From positions 1 through 64,000 of the IMG/VR virus record IMGVR_UViG_3300042291_000666: 64,000 bases of DNA; one strand, given 5' to 3'. Under the pieces are notes generated by a model. That model worked only from the letters and a program-made list of their open reading frames with translations. It searched no databases and was not told the DNA's origin. The stretch is from a virus. Both the position numbers and the translations under genes were made by a program. Below, one piece after another: positions 1-9,002 of this stretch. How positions within the stretch are numbered: the stretch's first letter is position 1; each line of letters opens with the position of its first letter.

Positions 1-860
1 AATAATGTGTAAGTTTCAATAGCGTCTGTGTTTTTCATCTCTTCCCAGTGCAGCAGGTTGATAGATCCTAAGCAACAAACAAATGAATTAAATGAATCTG
101 TTGGCAACTGAATCTCAGAACATAAATTGCTAGCAGTAATTTCAAGACCCAATTCTTTATAAGGAGTATTGTTATTTGAATTGTCCTTGAACATGATGTA
201 TGGAAAACCAAACTCATTACGTCTTTGGATTACTTTGGCCCATATTTTACGTTTGTCTCCATCACCAGCTTTCATTTCTTCAAGCCACTTGTCAGTTACT
301 GTAACACCATATTGTAGATTTTGTATTGGGTTTCCCTCAGTGCCAATATCTAAGAACTCTAAAGCATCTGCATGCTCTAATGGTAACCATACCGCGCATG
401 CTCCTCTTCTTGCTTCTGATTGTTTACATACATCTACTGTGGTATCATATAGTTTAGCATAATGTATTGGTCCATCTGCATGGCCCCCGGTTGAAATAAC
501 AGCACCTCTTGGTCTGATGTTACCCAAATAGACACTTGTCCCTCCGCCATACTTTGACATTAAACCAATCTCACGACCACCATTCAGGATACTATCTAAT
601 GAATCATCTACATTAGAACCATAACAACTAATAGGCAAACCTTTTTGTTTACCAAAGTTAATCCATACAGGAGTAGACAAACTATAAAATCCTCTGGCCA
701 TATAGTCTTCAAACTTCTGAGCAAACCCATCAATCTTTAAATACTTTTCAGCAATTGTTGCAATGTCTTTAATTCTTTGCTCCGGGGTTTCTGTTATATA
801 ACCTCTTGATAAAAAGGTGCGGCTATCTTCATTAAGCCAATAATATTTTTTATACTCCAT
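1..860 (-). CDS. nrdA: ribonucleotide reductase alpha subunit, class I (5' part, runs off the window edge)
   Basis: Not in the ORF track. Manual translation from the ATG at 860 gives MEYKKYYWLNEDSRTFLSRGY...TPVWINFG..GLPISC...KYGGGT...RRGA...ASNLCSEI (catalytic NLCxE motif). No N-terminal ATP cone; adjacent to nrdB. Confidence 0.95.
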   Translation of the reverse strand, partial: MEYKKYYWLNEDSRTFLSRGYITETPEQRIKDIATIAEKYLKIDGFAQKFEDYMARGFYSLSTPVWINFGKQKGLPISCYGSNVDDSLDSILNGGREIGLMSKYGGGTSVYLGNIRPRGAVISTGGHADGPIHYAKLYDTTVDVCKQSEARRGACAVWLPLEHADALEFLDIGTEGNPIQNLQYGVTVTDKWLEEMKAGDGDKRKIWAKVIQRRNEFGFPYIMFKDNSNNNTPYKELGLEITASNLCSEIQLPTDSFNSFVCCLGSINLLHWEEMKNTDAIETYTL

Positions 861-870
861 GTTTTTGTTA

Positions 871-1851
871 TTAAAATAAATCATCTTCTGTTATACTTTT
901 TCCTTTTTTGTTGTAATCAATTGATTTTTTATAGAAGAAATCACCCTCTTTGGTTGAAAGAATTTCAATATTAAACCATTGAGTTTTTTCAAGTAGTTCA
1001 TTATCAACCTCAAATAAGGCTTTCATACCTATGTTTTGTAGTGAGTTATTGAATCTGTCTTTAATAAAATGCTGTATTGTTTCTTTAGATAAGAAAGATA
1101 ACTCACCTTTTTCAAAGATCCAGTCTAGTATTTTGCACTCAGCTTCATAGGCTTTCTGACATGCAGAATCTATAAGTTGCTCAAACTCAGCATCAAACCA
1201 TTCAGGATTTTCTTTCTTAATGATATTAATTAGTTCAGCTCCAAAATTACCGTGGATCTCTTCTTCTTTACTTGTTGCCTCAACCACATTTGAGATACCT
1301 TTAAACAGGTTCTTTTCTTTGTTGAAAGACATCATAATTAAGAATTGACTAAACAAACTAACATGCTCAATGAATAAAGAAAATAAAAGTACTGATTTAG
1401 TGTACATCTTATTGTCTTTACTTCTGGTACCATCTAGGTATTTAGTAAGATATGCTATTCTATCTTTGATAGCGGGGATTTCTACTACGTGTTGGAACTC
1501 TTTTTCAAGACCCAAGATTCTAAGTAGTTGTGCATAGGCATCTTTGTGTCTTACTTCAGATTCAGCGAAGGTCATACCTACATCACCAATTTCAGTAATT
1601 GGCATTCTTTTATAAAGATCTGCCCAGAATGTTTTAACATTAACTTCAATTTGAGCAATTGCTAGCATGGACCTTTTGATCACTTCTCTTTCTTTAGAAT
1701 CAATTGTAATCTTAAAATCTTGGATATCTTCAGTAAAATTAAACTCAGTATGTATCCAATATGAGTGTCTGATAGCATCTTTATATGCTAATAATTGCGG
1801 GTATTCATACGGCAATATGTTTACCCGTGGTAAGAAAATGTTTTTGTTCAT
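871..1851 (-). CDS. nrdB: ribonucleotide reductase beta subunit, Flavobacterium-type (class Id-like)
   Basis: Ferritin-fold metal ligands AQIEVNVK, ESEVRH, IEHVSLFSQF, EEEIH; C-terminal KSITEDDLF. Confidence 0.95.
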   Translation of the reverse strand: MNKNIFLPRVNILPYEYPQLLAYKDAIRHSYWIHTEFNFTEDIQDFKITIDSKEREVIKRSMLAIAQIEVNVKTFWADLYKRMPITEIGDVGMTFAESEVRHKDAYAQLLRILGLEKEFQHVVEIPAIKDRIAYLTKYLDGTRSKDNKMYTKSVLLFSLFIEHVSLFSQFLIMMSFNKEKNLFKGISNVVEATSKEEEIHGNFGAELINIIKKENPEWFDAEFEQLIDSACQKAYEAECKILDWIFEKGELSFLSKETIQHFIKDRFNNSLQNIGMKALFEVDNELLEKTQWFNIEILSTKEGDFFYKKSIDYNKKGKSITEDDLF

Positions 1852-1928
1852 AAAATTGTATTTTTGAATTTTAAAGTTCTATGGAAGAACTTGATGGTAT
1901 ATATAATTTACTAAAAATAAAGGAAATT

Positions 1929-2123
1929 TTACTTACTATTATGCATATTTGCATAGCTAATGGTAAAAAATATAAAGCCTATTTCTAATCCAGTGACAAG
2001 ACGGTATCTGTCATCTTCACATAAAACTTCACAGTTTATAAGTTTAAGGCCAAGTATAGGTTCTGTTGGTAGAAATTCTACATTAAACCTATTTCTAAAA
2101 ATTAAAGGGTTGATTTTATTCAT
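1929..2123 (-). CDS. hypothetical small protein
   Basis: ATG-started ORF co-oriented with nrdB, upstream TATATTTG on the minus strand near 2204-2211. Confidence 0.55.
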   Translation of the reverse strand: MNKINPLIFRNRFNVEFLPTEPILGLKLINCEVLCEDDRYRLVTGLEIGFIFFTISYANMHNSK

Positions 2124-2227
2124 AATGAATTTTTGGTTTAAAAGATTAATTTATAAAATTATTTTTGTATATTATAAGTGTATAGCCAAGGGAATAACCT
2201 GGCAAATATAAGATATATATATTTATA

Positions 2228-2614
2228 ATGAAGAGTAGAATACTTAATATTTTCAGTTATTATGATACTGAACCAATGGAAATTCTCATTGGTATAATCT
2301 GGCTTATCATACTACCAGTTATATGGTGCTTTGAGTTCTCTTGTAACTTATTTATCATAATCCCAAGTATCTTATTGGGTCTAGCTATGATTAAAGCAAC
2401 TTGTTCTCATCCAATTAAAGTAAGAAAAACTTTATCTTACGGATCATTTATCTTTTCCATTTTTGTAATTTTAGCATTTGTATTTAGAGGTTCTATGCTT
2501 AATCCTACACATTGGTTATGGTTTTTACCTGGAATTATATCTTTTTTAAATCTAGTAGCAATGACATCAAAATATTATAGAAAACAAAAACAAGGTAGCA
2601 ATGACATCATATGA
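2228..2614 (+). CDS. multi-pass membrane protein (possible holin/antiholin)
   Basis: About four hydrophobic segments and a basic C-terminus. Confidence 0.6.
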   Translation: MKSRILNIFSYYDTEPMEILIGIIWLIILPVIWCFEFSCNLFIIIPSILLGLAMIKATCSHPIKVRKTLSYGSFIFSIFVILAFVFRGSMLNPTHWLWFLPGIISFLNLVAMTSKYYRKQKQGSNDII

Positions 2615-2915
2615 TAATGTAACAACCGTATTAGTCACAATGATGACTGTTCTGTTCTCCGCAGGAGCATGGAAATTTTATGAAAAAAGAATAAAGTTAA
2701 AAACTGAGTTAGAACGGGAAGATAGAACTGATCAGAATATGTATAGAGATGATTTAAGAGATAGAGTCAGAAGACTTGAGCAATTATTAACAGATAGTGC
2801 GGTTGAAAAAGATTTGATGAGAGATCAGATTCTTTCACTTACTAAAGAAGTAAGTACGCTGCATGTTAAAGTTGAGTATTTAGAGAAAGAAAATCAAAGA
2901 CTTAAGAACATTTAG
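2601..2915 (+). CDS. membrane-anchored coiled-coil protein (holin-associated)
   Basis: N-terminal TM helix followed by a heptad-rich coiled coil; overlaps the preceding gene. Confidence 0.6.
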   Translation: MTSYDNVTTVLVTMMTVLFSAGAWKFYEKRIKLKTELEREDRTDQNMYRDDLRDRVRRLEQLLTDSAVEKDLMRDQILSLTKEVSTLHVKVEYLEKENQRLKNI

Positions 2916-2992
2916 TCTAAAATCATAGATTTGCTTATGTAGATAAGAATTTGTATATTATATATAAGTAACGTTAACTAAAATTAAAAATC

Positions 2993-3229
2993 ATGTTTAA
3001 AAAATTATTATATGCAATATGGACTTTTTCATTAGAAAAAGGATATAATTGGGTTTTATCCAAGACAACAATTGATGAAAAAGCAATTGAAGTAATTGAA
3101 GAAATTGAAGTAAGAAGTGTACTAGTTAAAAAAGAACTTAAGGATGTTGTTGATGCAGTTAAAGGTGTGCCAGCTAAACCTAAAAAAAAATATTACAAAC
3201 CAAAAGCCAAAGCAGAATCAAAGAAATAA
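2993..3229 (+). CDS. hypothetical protein with basic tail
   Basis: ORF preceded by the TTGTATATTA motif at 2951. Confidence 0.65.
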   Translation: MFKKLLYAIWTFSLEKGYNWVLSKTTIDEKAIEVIEEIEVRSVLVKKELKDVVDAVKGVPAKPKKKYYKPKAKAESKK

Positions 3230-3231
3230 TT

Positions 3232-3561
3232 ATGGTTGATTTATATAAACTATATAAGTTTTTTAAAGAACAATGGCTAGGCAGTATATTAATTATAGTT
3301 TGGTTAATATCTGTATTTATATACCAGCATAAGAAAGCTGAACTACTTAATAAAGCTTACATTTTAGAAGCTAGAATTAAAGAGTTAGAAAAGAAAGCAA
3401 ATGTTGAATTAAAAAGTGTGGATAGTTTAAAAACCATTGACACAATTATAGTAACTAGAATTAAAATAATCAAACAAAAAGAATATGAAAAAATACGCAT
3501 TATTGATTCCCTTCCTGTTAGTGGGCTTCAAAGCTATTTCACAGAACGTTACCCAAAGTAA
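3232..3561 (+). CDS. putative inner-membrane spanin-like protein
   Basis: N-terminal TM plus coiled coil; overlaps the next gene. Confidence 0.5.
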   Translation: MVDLYKLYKFFKEQWLGSILIIVWLISVFIYQHKKAELLNKAYILEARIKELEKKANVELKSVDSLKTIDTIIVTRIKIIKQKEYEKIRIIDSLPVSGLQSYFTERYPK

Positions 3562-3961
3562 AGATTCTGTAGTTATTCTTTCTGAAAGACAGGCTAGAGC
3601 AGTTGCTACTGACCTAGTTAGATATGATTTTTTAAAAAATATTTCAAAAGAACAAGAGAAAAGAATTGTAAATTTTGAAAGAACTATTATAAAATTAGAA
3701 AATACAATAAGCATAAAAGATAGCATTATATTTTACCAAAAGGATTATATTGATGCACAAAATGCCGTTTTAAATATAAAACCTAAACCACAATTCCATG
3801 CTTATCTTGGAGTTCAAAGTTCAGGATTTACTGTTAATACGCCTTTATTTTCTGGAAGAGTACTTTTAGAATGTAGAAAAATGAATTTTGGTGTTCAATA
3901 TATAGGAATACCAACACTCAACAATCAATATGGATTACTTGTAGAATATAAATTATTTTAA
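3485..3961 (+). CDS. secreted coiled-coil protein with C-terminal beta strands (putative outer spanin-like)
   Basis: Signal peptide MKKYALLIPFLLVGFKAISQ, coiled coil, ends YGLLVEYKLF. Confidence 0.5.
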   Translation: MKKYALLIPFLLVGFKAISQNVTQSKDSVVILSERQARAVATDLVRYDFLKNISKEQEKRIVNFERTIIKLENTISIKDSIIFYQKDYIDAQNAVLNIKPKPQFHAYLGVQSSGFTVNTPLFSGRVLLECRKMNFGVQYIGIPTLNNQYGLLVEYKLF

Positions 3962-3965
3962 ACTA

Positions 3966-4109
3966 ATGGCAGCTAAAGCAAAAACACAAACAACAACATT
4001 TAAACCTACTACAAAAGTAAGTAGACCCGGTGTACATGCTAAGACTAAAACGTCTAAGATCAAAACATCAAAATTGTATAAGAAAAAATATAAAGGACAA
4101 GGTAAATAA
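3966..4109 (+). CDS. small basic protein (47 aa)
   Basis: Manual translation MAAKAKTQTTTFKPTTKVSRPGVHAKTKTSKIKTSKLYKKKYKGQGK; fills the gap between genes. Confidence 0.7.
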   Translation: MAAKAKTQTTTFKPTTKVSRPGVHAKTKTSKIKTSKLYKKKYKGQGK

Positions 4110-4111
4110 TT

Positions 4112-4258
4112 ATGGAAGACTGGGCATTAAAAATAGAGTTTCATTGGCCTCATCATAGGTTTGCATTAGGTTGGGATTATATTTCTCCTGACGAAGAATA
4201 TGATTATAGTACATCAAAACTATATCTTTTTTTCATTACATTTACATTAGATTATTAA
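4112..4258 (+). CDS. small hypothetical protein (48 aa)
   Basis: Manual translation MEDWALKIEFHWPHHRFALGWDY...; tightly packed in the operon. Confidence 0.6.
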   Translation: MEDWALKIEFHWPHHRFALGWDYISPDEEYDYSTSKLYLFFITFTLDY

Positions 4259-4272
4259 AAAAATTAAAAATT

Positions 4273-4557
4273 ATGAAAGCTCAAGGTTTACAACAAGGTA
4301 AAATATCTAAACAAAAAGTAAAACTTTTGTGTAGAGAAGGTGGGGAATTAGATGATGCTATGCAAGGATCTATGGTTGAAAAAATGAGAAAAGGTGGTGA
4401 TGCAATGAGATATGTATCTACTGCTGATGGTTCAACAAAAAAACAAGCTTATAAAATGGGTGGTTATGTTCAATCAGAATCAAAATCATCTATGAAAAAA
4501 TATAGAGGTGGTGGTGTACCAACAGCGTTTATTTACTCTGGACCATCTAAAAAATAA
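4273..4557 (+). CDS. small basic protein with repeated xxGG motifs
   Basis: MRKGG, YKMGG, YRGGG repeats. Confidence 0.7.
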   Translation: MKAQGLQQGKISKQKVKLLCREGGELDDAMQGSMVEKMRKGGDAMRYVSTADGSTKKQAYKMGGYVQSESKSSMKKYRGGGVPTAFIYSGPSKK

Positions 4558-4562
4558 CAATT

Positions 4563-5162
4563 ATGAATATTTTAACTGACATATTAAGTTTAATTAGACG
4601 CGGGGTTTTCACTAAGGTGGCAAACCCTGAAGATGTTATTGTACTTGGTGTAAATGAACAACCAGAAATGACTGGTGTTGCTTCACCAATACCTTATAAA
4701 TCTGTAAAACTTATTAAAGTTAAAGATCTTAAGATTGCTCCGGCTTTTTGTAATAATGTAAATACTGATTTACCAGACCCAAGAGTGTTGGCAAATGTTT
4801 TTCAAAAACAAGAAATTGATCCTATTACTAATGTTTGTACTAATTATTTTAGAACTTTAAAGTCATTAAGTACTAATCTTTCAATTAGCGAATCACTTGA
4901 TAATGATTATGTTGAGTTTATTACAACAGGAGAACCTAATACTGCAGCCAATTTAGGTACAGGTGCGGGTTTATATGCTAATAAAACTGGTGAGACACTT
5001 AACTTTAAATCATTAAAGGGTACGGGTGTATCAATAACTCAATCAGGAACTGAAGTAACTTTGAATCATGCAACAAAACTTATATTAAATTCACCAGATG
5101 GATCTTTTTGGCAAATTACTGTTAGTAATACCGGAGGGCTTCAGACTGTATTAGTAGGATAA
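4563..5162 (+). CDS. putative virion fibre/decoration protein
   Basis: Fibre-like motifs NTAANLGTGAG..LNFKSL and LNSPDGSFWQITVSNTG. Confidence 0.6.
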   Translation: MNILTDILSLIRRGVFTKVANPEDVIVLGVNEQPEMTGVASPIPYKSVKLIKVKDLKIAPAFCNNVNTDLPDPRVLANVFQKQEIDPITNVCTNYFRTLKSLSTNLSISESLDNDYVEFITTGEPNTAANLGTGAGLYANKTGETLNFKSLKGTGVSITQSGTEVTLNHATKLILNSPDGSFWQITVSNTGGLQTVLVG

Positions 5163-5164
5163 TT

Positions 5165-5401
5165 ATGGAATCTAAAAGAACAAGATCAAAATATAGAGAT
5201 TTAATGATGCTAATTACTGGTGTAATTGGCCTTGGTTCTTTTGTGTTTACAATTTATGCTGTTGTATATATTCCTACTGTAAAAGATAATGACTTATTTG
5301 TGCAGTTAATGGGTATGATACAAGGTGTTGTTATAAGTAATATATTTGCATATTATTACGGCACAAGTGCTGATAATTCAGATAAAGATAATAACCAATA
5401 A
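5165..5401 (+). CDS. putative holin
   Basis: Two TM helices ending in IFAYYYGTS and a charged tail, typical of small phage holins. Confidence 0.6.
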   Translation: MESKRTRSKYRDLMMLITGVIGLGSFVFTIYAVVYIPTVKDNDLFVQLMGMIQGVVISNIFAYYYGTSADNSDKDNNQ

Positions 5402-5403
5402 AA

Positions 5404-5640
5404 ATGAACATTATGATTAGTAAAGAAGGCAAAGCAGAAGAACGCAAATGGCAAATTCAATCTGCATTAAGCACACTGCAAAGAGCAGAAGAAATTAAAA
5501 ATGATACATCATTAATGAGGGATGTAAAAAAAGCTGCCGGTATGGAAGCTAAAAGATTACAAACTTTAGCTAATGGTGGTAGTGTTATGTCAAGTGCTAA
5601 AAAAGCACCTGTTAAAAAAGTAGTAACTAAAAAAAGATAA
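5404..5640 (+). CDS. small basic hypothetical protein
   Basis: Lys-rich ORF within the operon. Confidence 0.65.
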   Translation: MNIMISKEGKAEERKWQIQSALSTLQRAEEIKNDTSLMRDVKKAAGMEAKRLQTLANGGSVMSSAKKAPVKKVVTKKR

Positions 5641-5646
5641 GACAAA

Positions 5647-5895
5647 ATGGGAACTCCTAAAAAAGGCATTTCTTTCCCTGAACAAGGGGTGGTATACCAA
5701 AGAGAAACAACAAATGGATATTATGATCCTACATCTATTCCTGCAGCTATTCAACAAAAAAAGAATCAAGCTAAGGTATTGAGAAGTATTAAAAAAGCAA
5801 AAGACGGAATTAATATTCCAAGGTCTTCAACTAGAGCAAAAGAACCTGTGCAATCAGCAGCTTTTAAAAGCGGTTATTGTTCACATAAAAAATAA
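5647..5895 (+). CDS. small basic hypothetical protein
   Basis: ORF within the operon. Confidence 0.6.
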   Translation: MGTPKKGISFPEQGVVYQRETTNGYYDPTSIPAAIQQKKNQAKVLRSIKKAKDGINIPRSSTRAKEPVQSAAFKSGYCSHKK

Positions 5896-5901
5896 ATCAT
5901 T

Positions 5902-8817
5902 ATGAGTATTTTTATACAAGAAGTATTAGGATTACTAAATAGAAATCAAAAGAAAGTAACTTTAGATAAAGCTAAAGATTGGTTTGAATTTGGTAAACTA
6001 TATCAGAGTAGTAGTTTAAATAATAAATCTGGCTATACTCCTAGAATGGACCCCTTTGTTATCAAATGGGGTGATTTTATTTGTCAAGCTACAGAAGATA
6101 TGACAAGAACTTTACCTGGTCAAGGTAATCTTGGATACATTCCTGTATATACTGATCCGTCAGGTAGTTGTAATTGGGATACTTTAAAAGATTCTATCAT
6201 TACACAAAATGCACTTAACACTATTATCAATATTGCTGGTTCATTACAAGTACTTGGAGATGTTCAAATTTCAGGAGGAGATTTAACTGCAACTACTTCA
6301 ACATTTAATCTTTTAAATACTGCTCCAGTATCTATTATCAACTTTGGAAGTACTACTACTAATATAGAAGTGGGTGGTGTAGCTACTGTTGTTAATATTA
6401 ATGGAACTGCGGAAAGTACAAGCTGTACTACAGGCGCATTAGTAATTGATGGCGGAGTTGGTATAGCAAAAAATTTAAATTTATGTGGAATACTAACTAT
6501 AAATAATACAACTCAAAGCACAAGTTGTACAACGGGTGCTCTAGTAGTAGCGGGTGGTGTTGGTATAGCAAAAGATCTTTTTGTATGTGGCAATGCTACT
6601 ATTACAGGAGATGTTGCAATTAATGGTGGTGACTTAACTTCAACTGCTAGTAGCTTTCAGCTTTTACAACAATCTACAACTATTGGTTTTGGATATAATT
6701 CTACATCTATATTTATAGGTGGTATAAGTGCTGTAAGTGCTGTAGTAATAAATGGTACACAAGATAGTAGTTCATGTATAACTGGTGCATTTAGAGTTAA
6801 TGGTGGTGTTGGAATTGCTAAAAATTTATTTGTTTGCGGTAATACTTATTTAAATGGATATGTTTATTTAGGTGATACACTTGCAGATGAAATTGCTTTA
6901 AATGGAACATTATTAGATAATAACGGAACTCCTGCAGCAGTTAATCAAGCATTGGTTGGAACAGGTACTGGTGCAGCTACTTGGCAAAATGTTGCTCTTG
7001 TTGGTGAAGTATGTGCTGTAAATAGCATTCCTTTATGGACTCCAAATTCAAGTACATTAGGTTGTTCTCTTATTTATCAAAATGGAAATAGTTCAACACC
7101 AGCTACTAAGATATTTCTTAAAGGTGGTTTGGCTAGTGAAGGTTCTGAAGTTAGAACAATTAGTGATGTTGCATTAGGGGTTAGTAATTATGCTGGTGGA
7201 GAAGCTTCTGCAGCATTTAACTTTAGATCTTTAGCTTTAGGTAATGATTCATTTGCTGCTGGTCATAAAGGATTTGCTGGAGGACATGCTTCAATTGCTG
7301 CTGGATATAATACTGGAGCTGGTAACTATGCTTTTGGATATTTTAATAGTACTGTTACTTCTACAACTTTGGATATATTTATTCTTAGTGGAACAATGCT
7401 TGTTGGAGATTTTATAGTAGCTAATGTTGAAAATGATCCGTCAGTTAGACATGAAATTTTAACAATTGTTGGAACTGGTACTATAGGACTAAATACAATT
7501 ACAATAGCAACTGCTATTGCAGTAAATATAGGTGAAGCTGTTGCAATAGAAGAAGCTGTTCCAAATAGAGGAGATAGTCAAGGTGCAATTGCACTTGGAG
7601 TTTCTGCTGCTTCTAAAGGAACTGGTGCATTTGCTATAGGCACAAGAGCTACAACAGATGTACCTAATCAAATAGCTATTGGTAGTCCTTTTACTACAGT
7701 AAAATTAGATGGTACTGCTCAAAATGATACTCAAAATAAACTTCTTGTTATAGATTCAAATAATATTGTTAGATGGAGAGATGCAAGTACAATTACAGCT
7801 AGCATAACTGCTAATAATGGTCTTACAATGAGTACTGCAAGTAACGTTCAGTTAGGTGGTACTTTATTACAAGGAACTATAATTCAAACTCAAGCTTTTG
7901 ATCTTAAACTAGAAGGTACAAGTTCAGCTCCAATATTAACTGTTAATCAATTAGGTACAGGATCGGGTTCTGTTGCAATCAAAGGAGTATCAACTGGCGG
8001 TTTTGCTGGATATTTCCAAGCAAGTACAAGTGCTCTTGGTGCAATATATGCTAATAATACGGGTTCTACACCAACTACAACATTTGAACAATCAAATGGT
8101 CAAGTTGTTTCTAAATTTACACGTTCAGGAAATACTAATACAGGCATTGGTACTGTACTAGATTTATATAATGTATGTAATACTGGCCCAGCTGTTGTTG
8201 GATTAGGTACTGCTATTAACTTTAATATAGAAGATAGCGCATCTACACCTTCTTATGCTGGTGGTATATCTTTTGATTGGACTTCATTTGCTAGTGGTAA
8301 TTCATCAAGATTTGTTGTAGAAACTGTAGCTTTTGGTACTCCAGCAAATCAATTAGAAGTATCTAATGAAGGTCTACTAACATTAAATTCATATGGTTTA
8401 GGTGCATTTTATGATCCATCAAATGTAGTTAACTATACATTGGCAGCTAAAGCAAGTGGTGAAATTGTTGAAGTACCATATCAAGCTCAATCTAAAACAT
8501 TTGCAGCATTAGTTATTCAATCAGGTGTTACAGCACCAACTATGCAAATATTACAAGATTTTCCTGGAAGTATAACATGGACATGGAGTTATGTTAGTCC
8601 TGGTTTATATACTTTACAATCTAGTCAACCAATATTCTTAGCTAATAATACAGCATTGTATATTATACCTGATGTAAGTGCAGGAAAACCTTATTGTGCG
8701 TCTATTGAAAGACAATCTGATACATTATTATTGATTAGTAGTTTTATACCAAATACTGGTGTAAGTGATAATAACTGTTTTGACAGAGCTACATTAAAAA
8801 TTGAAATATATCCATAA
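5902..8817 (+). CDS. long tail/head fibre protein (971 aa)
   Basis: G/T/S/N-rich; three copies of SxSCxTGAxxxxGGVGIAKxLxxCG; YadA-head-like repeats (SAAFNFRSLALGNDSFAAG, AIALGVSAASKGTGAFAIG). Confidence 0.8.
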   Translation: MSIFIQEVLGLLNRNQKKVTLDKAKDWFEFGKLYQSSSLNNKSGYTPRMDPFVIKWGDFICQATEDMTRTLPGQGNLGYIPVYTDPSGSCNWDTLKDSIITQNALNTIINIAGSLQVLGDVQISGGDLTATTSTFNLLNTAPVSIINFGSTTTNIEVGGVATVVNINGTAESTSCTTGALVIDGGVGIAKNLNLCGILTINNTTQSTSCTTGALVVAGGVGIAKDLFVCGNATITGDVAINGGDLTSTASSFQLLQQSTTIGFGYNSTSIFIGGISAVSAVVINGTQDSSSCITGAFRVNGGVGIAKNLFVCGNTYLNGYVYLGDTLADEIALNGTLLDNNGTPAAVNQALVGTGTGAATWQNVALVGEVCAVNSIPLWTPNSSTLGCSLIYQNGNSSTPATKIFLKGGLASEGSEVRTISDVALGVSNYAGGEASAAFNFRSLALGNDSFAAGHKGFAGGHASIAAGYNTGAGNYAFGYFNSTVTSTTLDIFILSGTMLVGDFIVANVENDPSVRHEILTIVGTGTIGLNTITIATAIAVNIGEAVAIEEAVPNRGDSQGAIALGVSAASKGTGAFAIGTRATTDVPNQIAIGSPFTTVKLDGTAQNDTQNKLLVIDSNNIVRWRDASTITASITANNGLTMSTASNVQLGGTLLQGTIIQTQAFDLKLEGTSSAPILTVNQLGTGSGSVAIKGVSTGGFAGYFQASTSALGAIYANNTGSTPTTTFEQSNGQVVSKFTRSGNTNTGIGTVLDLYNVCNTGPAVVGLGTAINFNIEDSASTPSYAGGISFDWTSFASGNSSRFVVETVAFGTPANQLEVSNEGLLTLNSYGLGAFYDPSNVVNYTLAAKASGEIVEVPYQAQSKTFAALVIQSGVTAPTMQILQDFPGSITWTWSYVSPGLYTLQSSQPIFLANNTALYIIPDVSAGKPYCASIERQSDTLLLISSFIPNTGVSDNNCFDRATLKIEIYP

Positions 8818-8835
8818 TTTTAAATTTAAAACAAC

Positions 8836-9000
8836 ATGAAAAAATATCAAATAGGAGGAACTATACAATCACGTACAACAAGTGATGAATTAAATCCCTA
8901 CAAAATTAAAAAACCGGTTGCACCTAATCCCGGTTTTGTACCATCTGGTTCAATGAGTCAGATGAAAAAAGGTGGTCAAATGAAAAAATCAAAATGTTAA
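8836..9000 (+). CDS. small basic peptide with xxGG motifs (54 aa)
   Basis: Manual translation MKKYQIGGTIQ...SQMKKGGQMKKSKC. Confidence 0.6.
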   Translation: MKKYQIGGTIQSRTTSDELNPYKIKKPVAPNPGFVPSGSMSQMKKGGQMKKSKC

Positions 9001-9002
9001 TT

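Noticed and set aside
169-462. Plus-strand 97-aa ORF and similar antisense ORFs (for example 43865-44428, 50786-51175, 56397-56717)
   Set aside because: Shadows on the opposite strand of well-supported genes.
5902-8817. Diversity-generating retroelement target in the fibre gene
   Set aside because: No reverse transcriptase and no template/variable repeat pair seen in this window.
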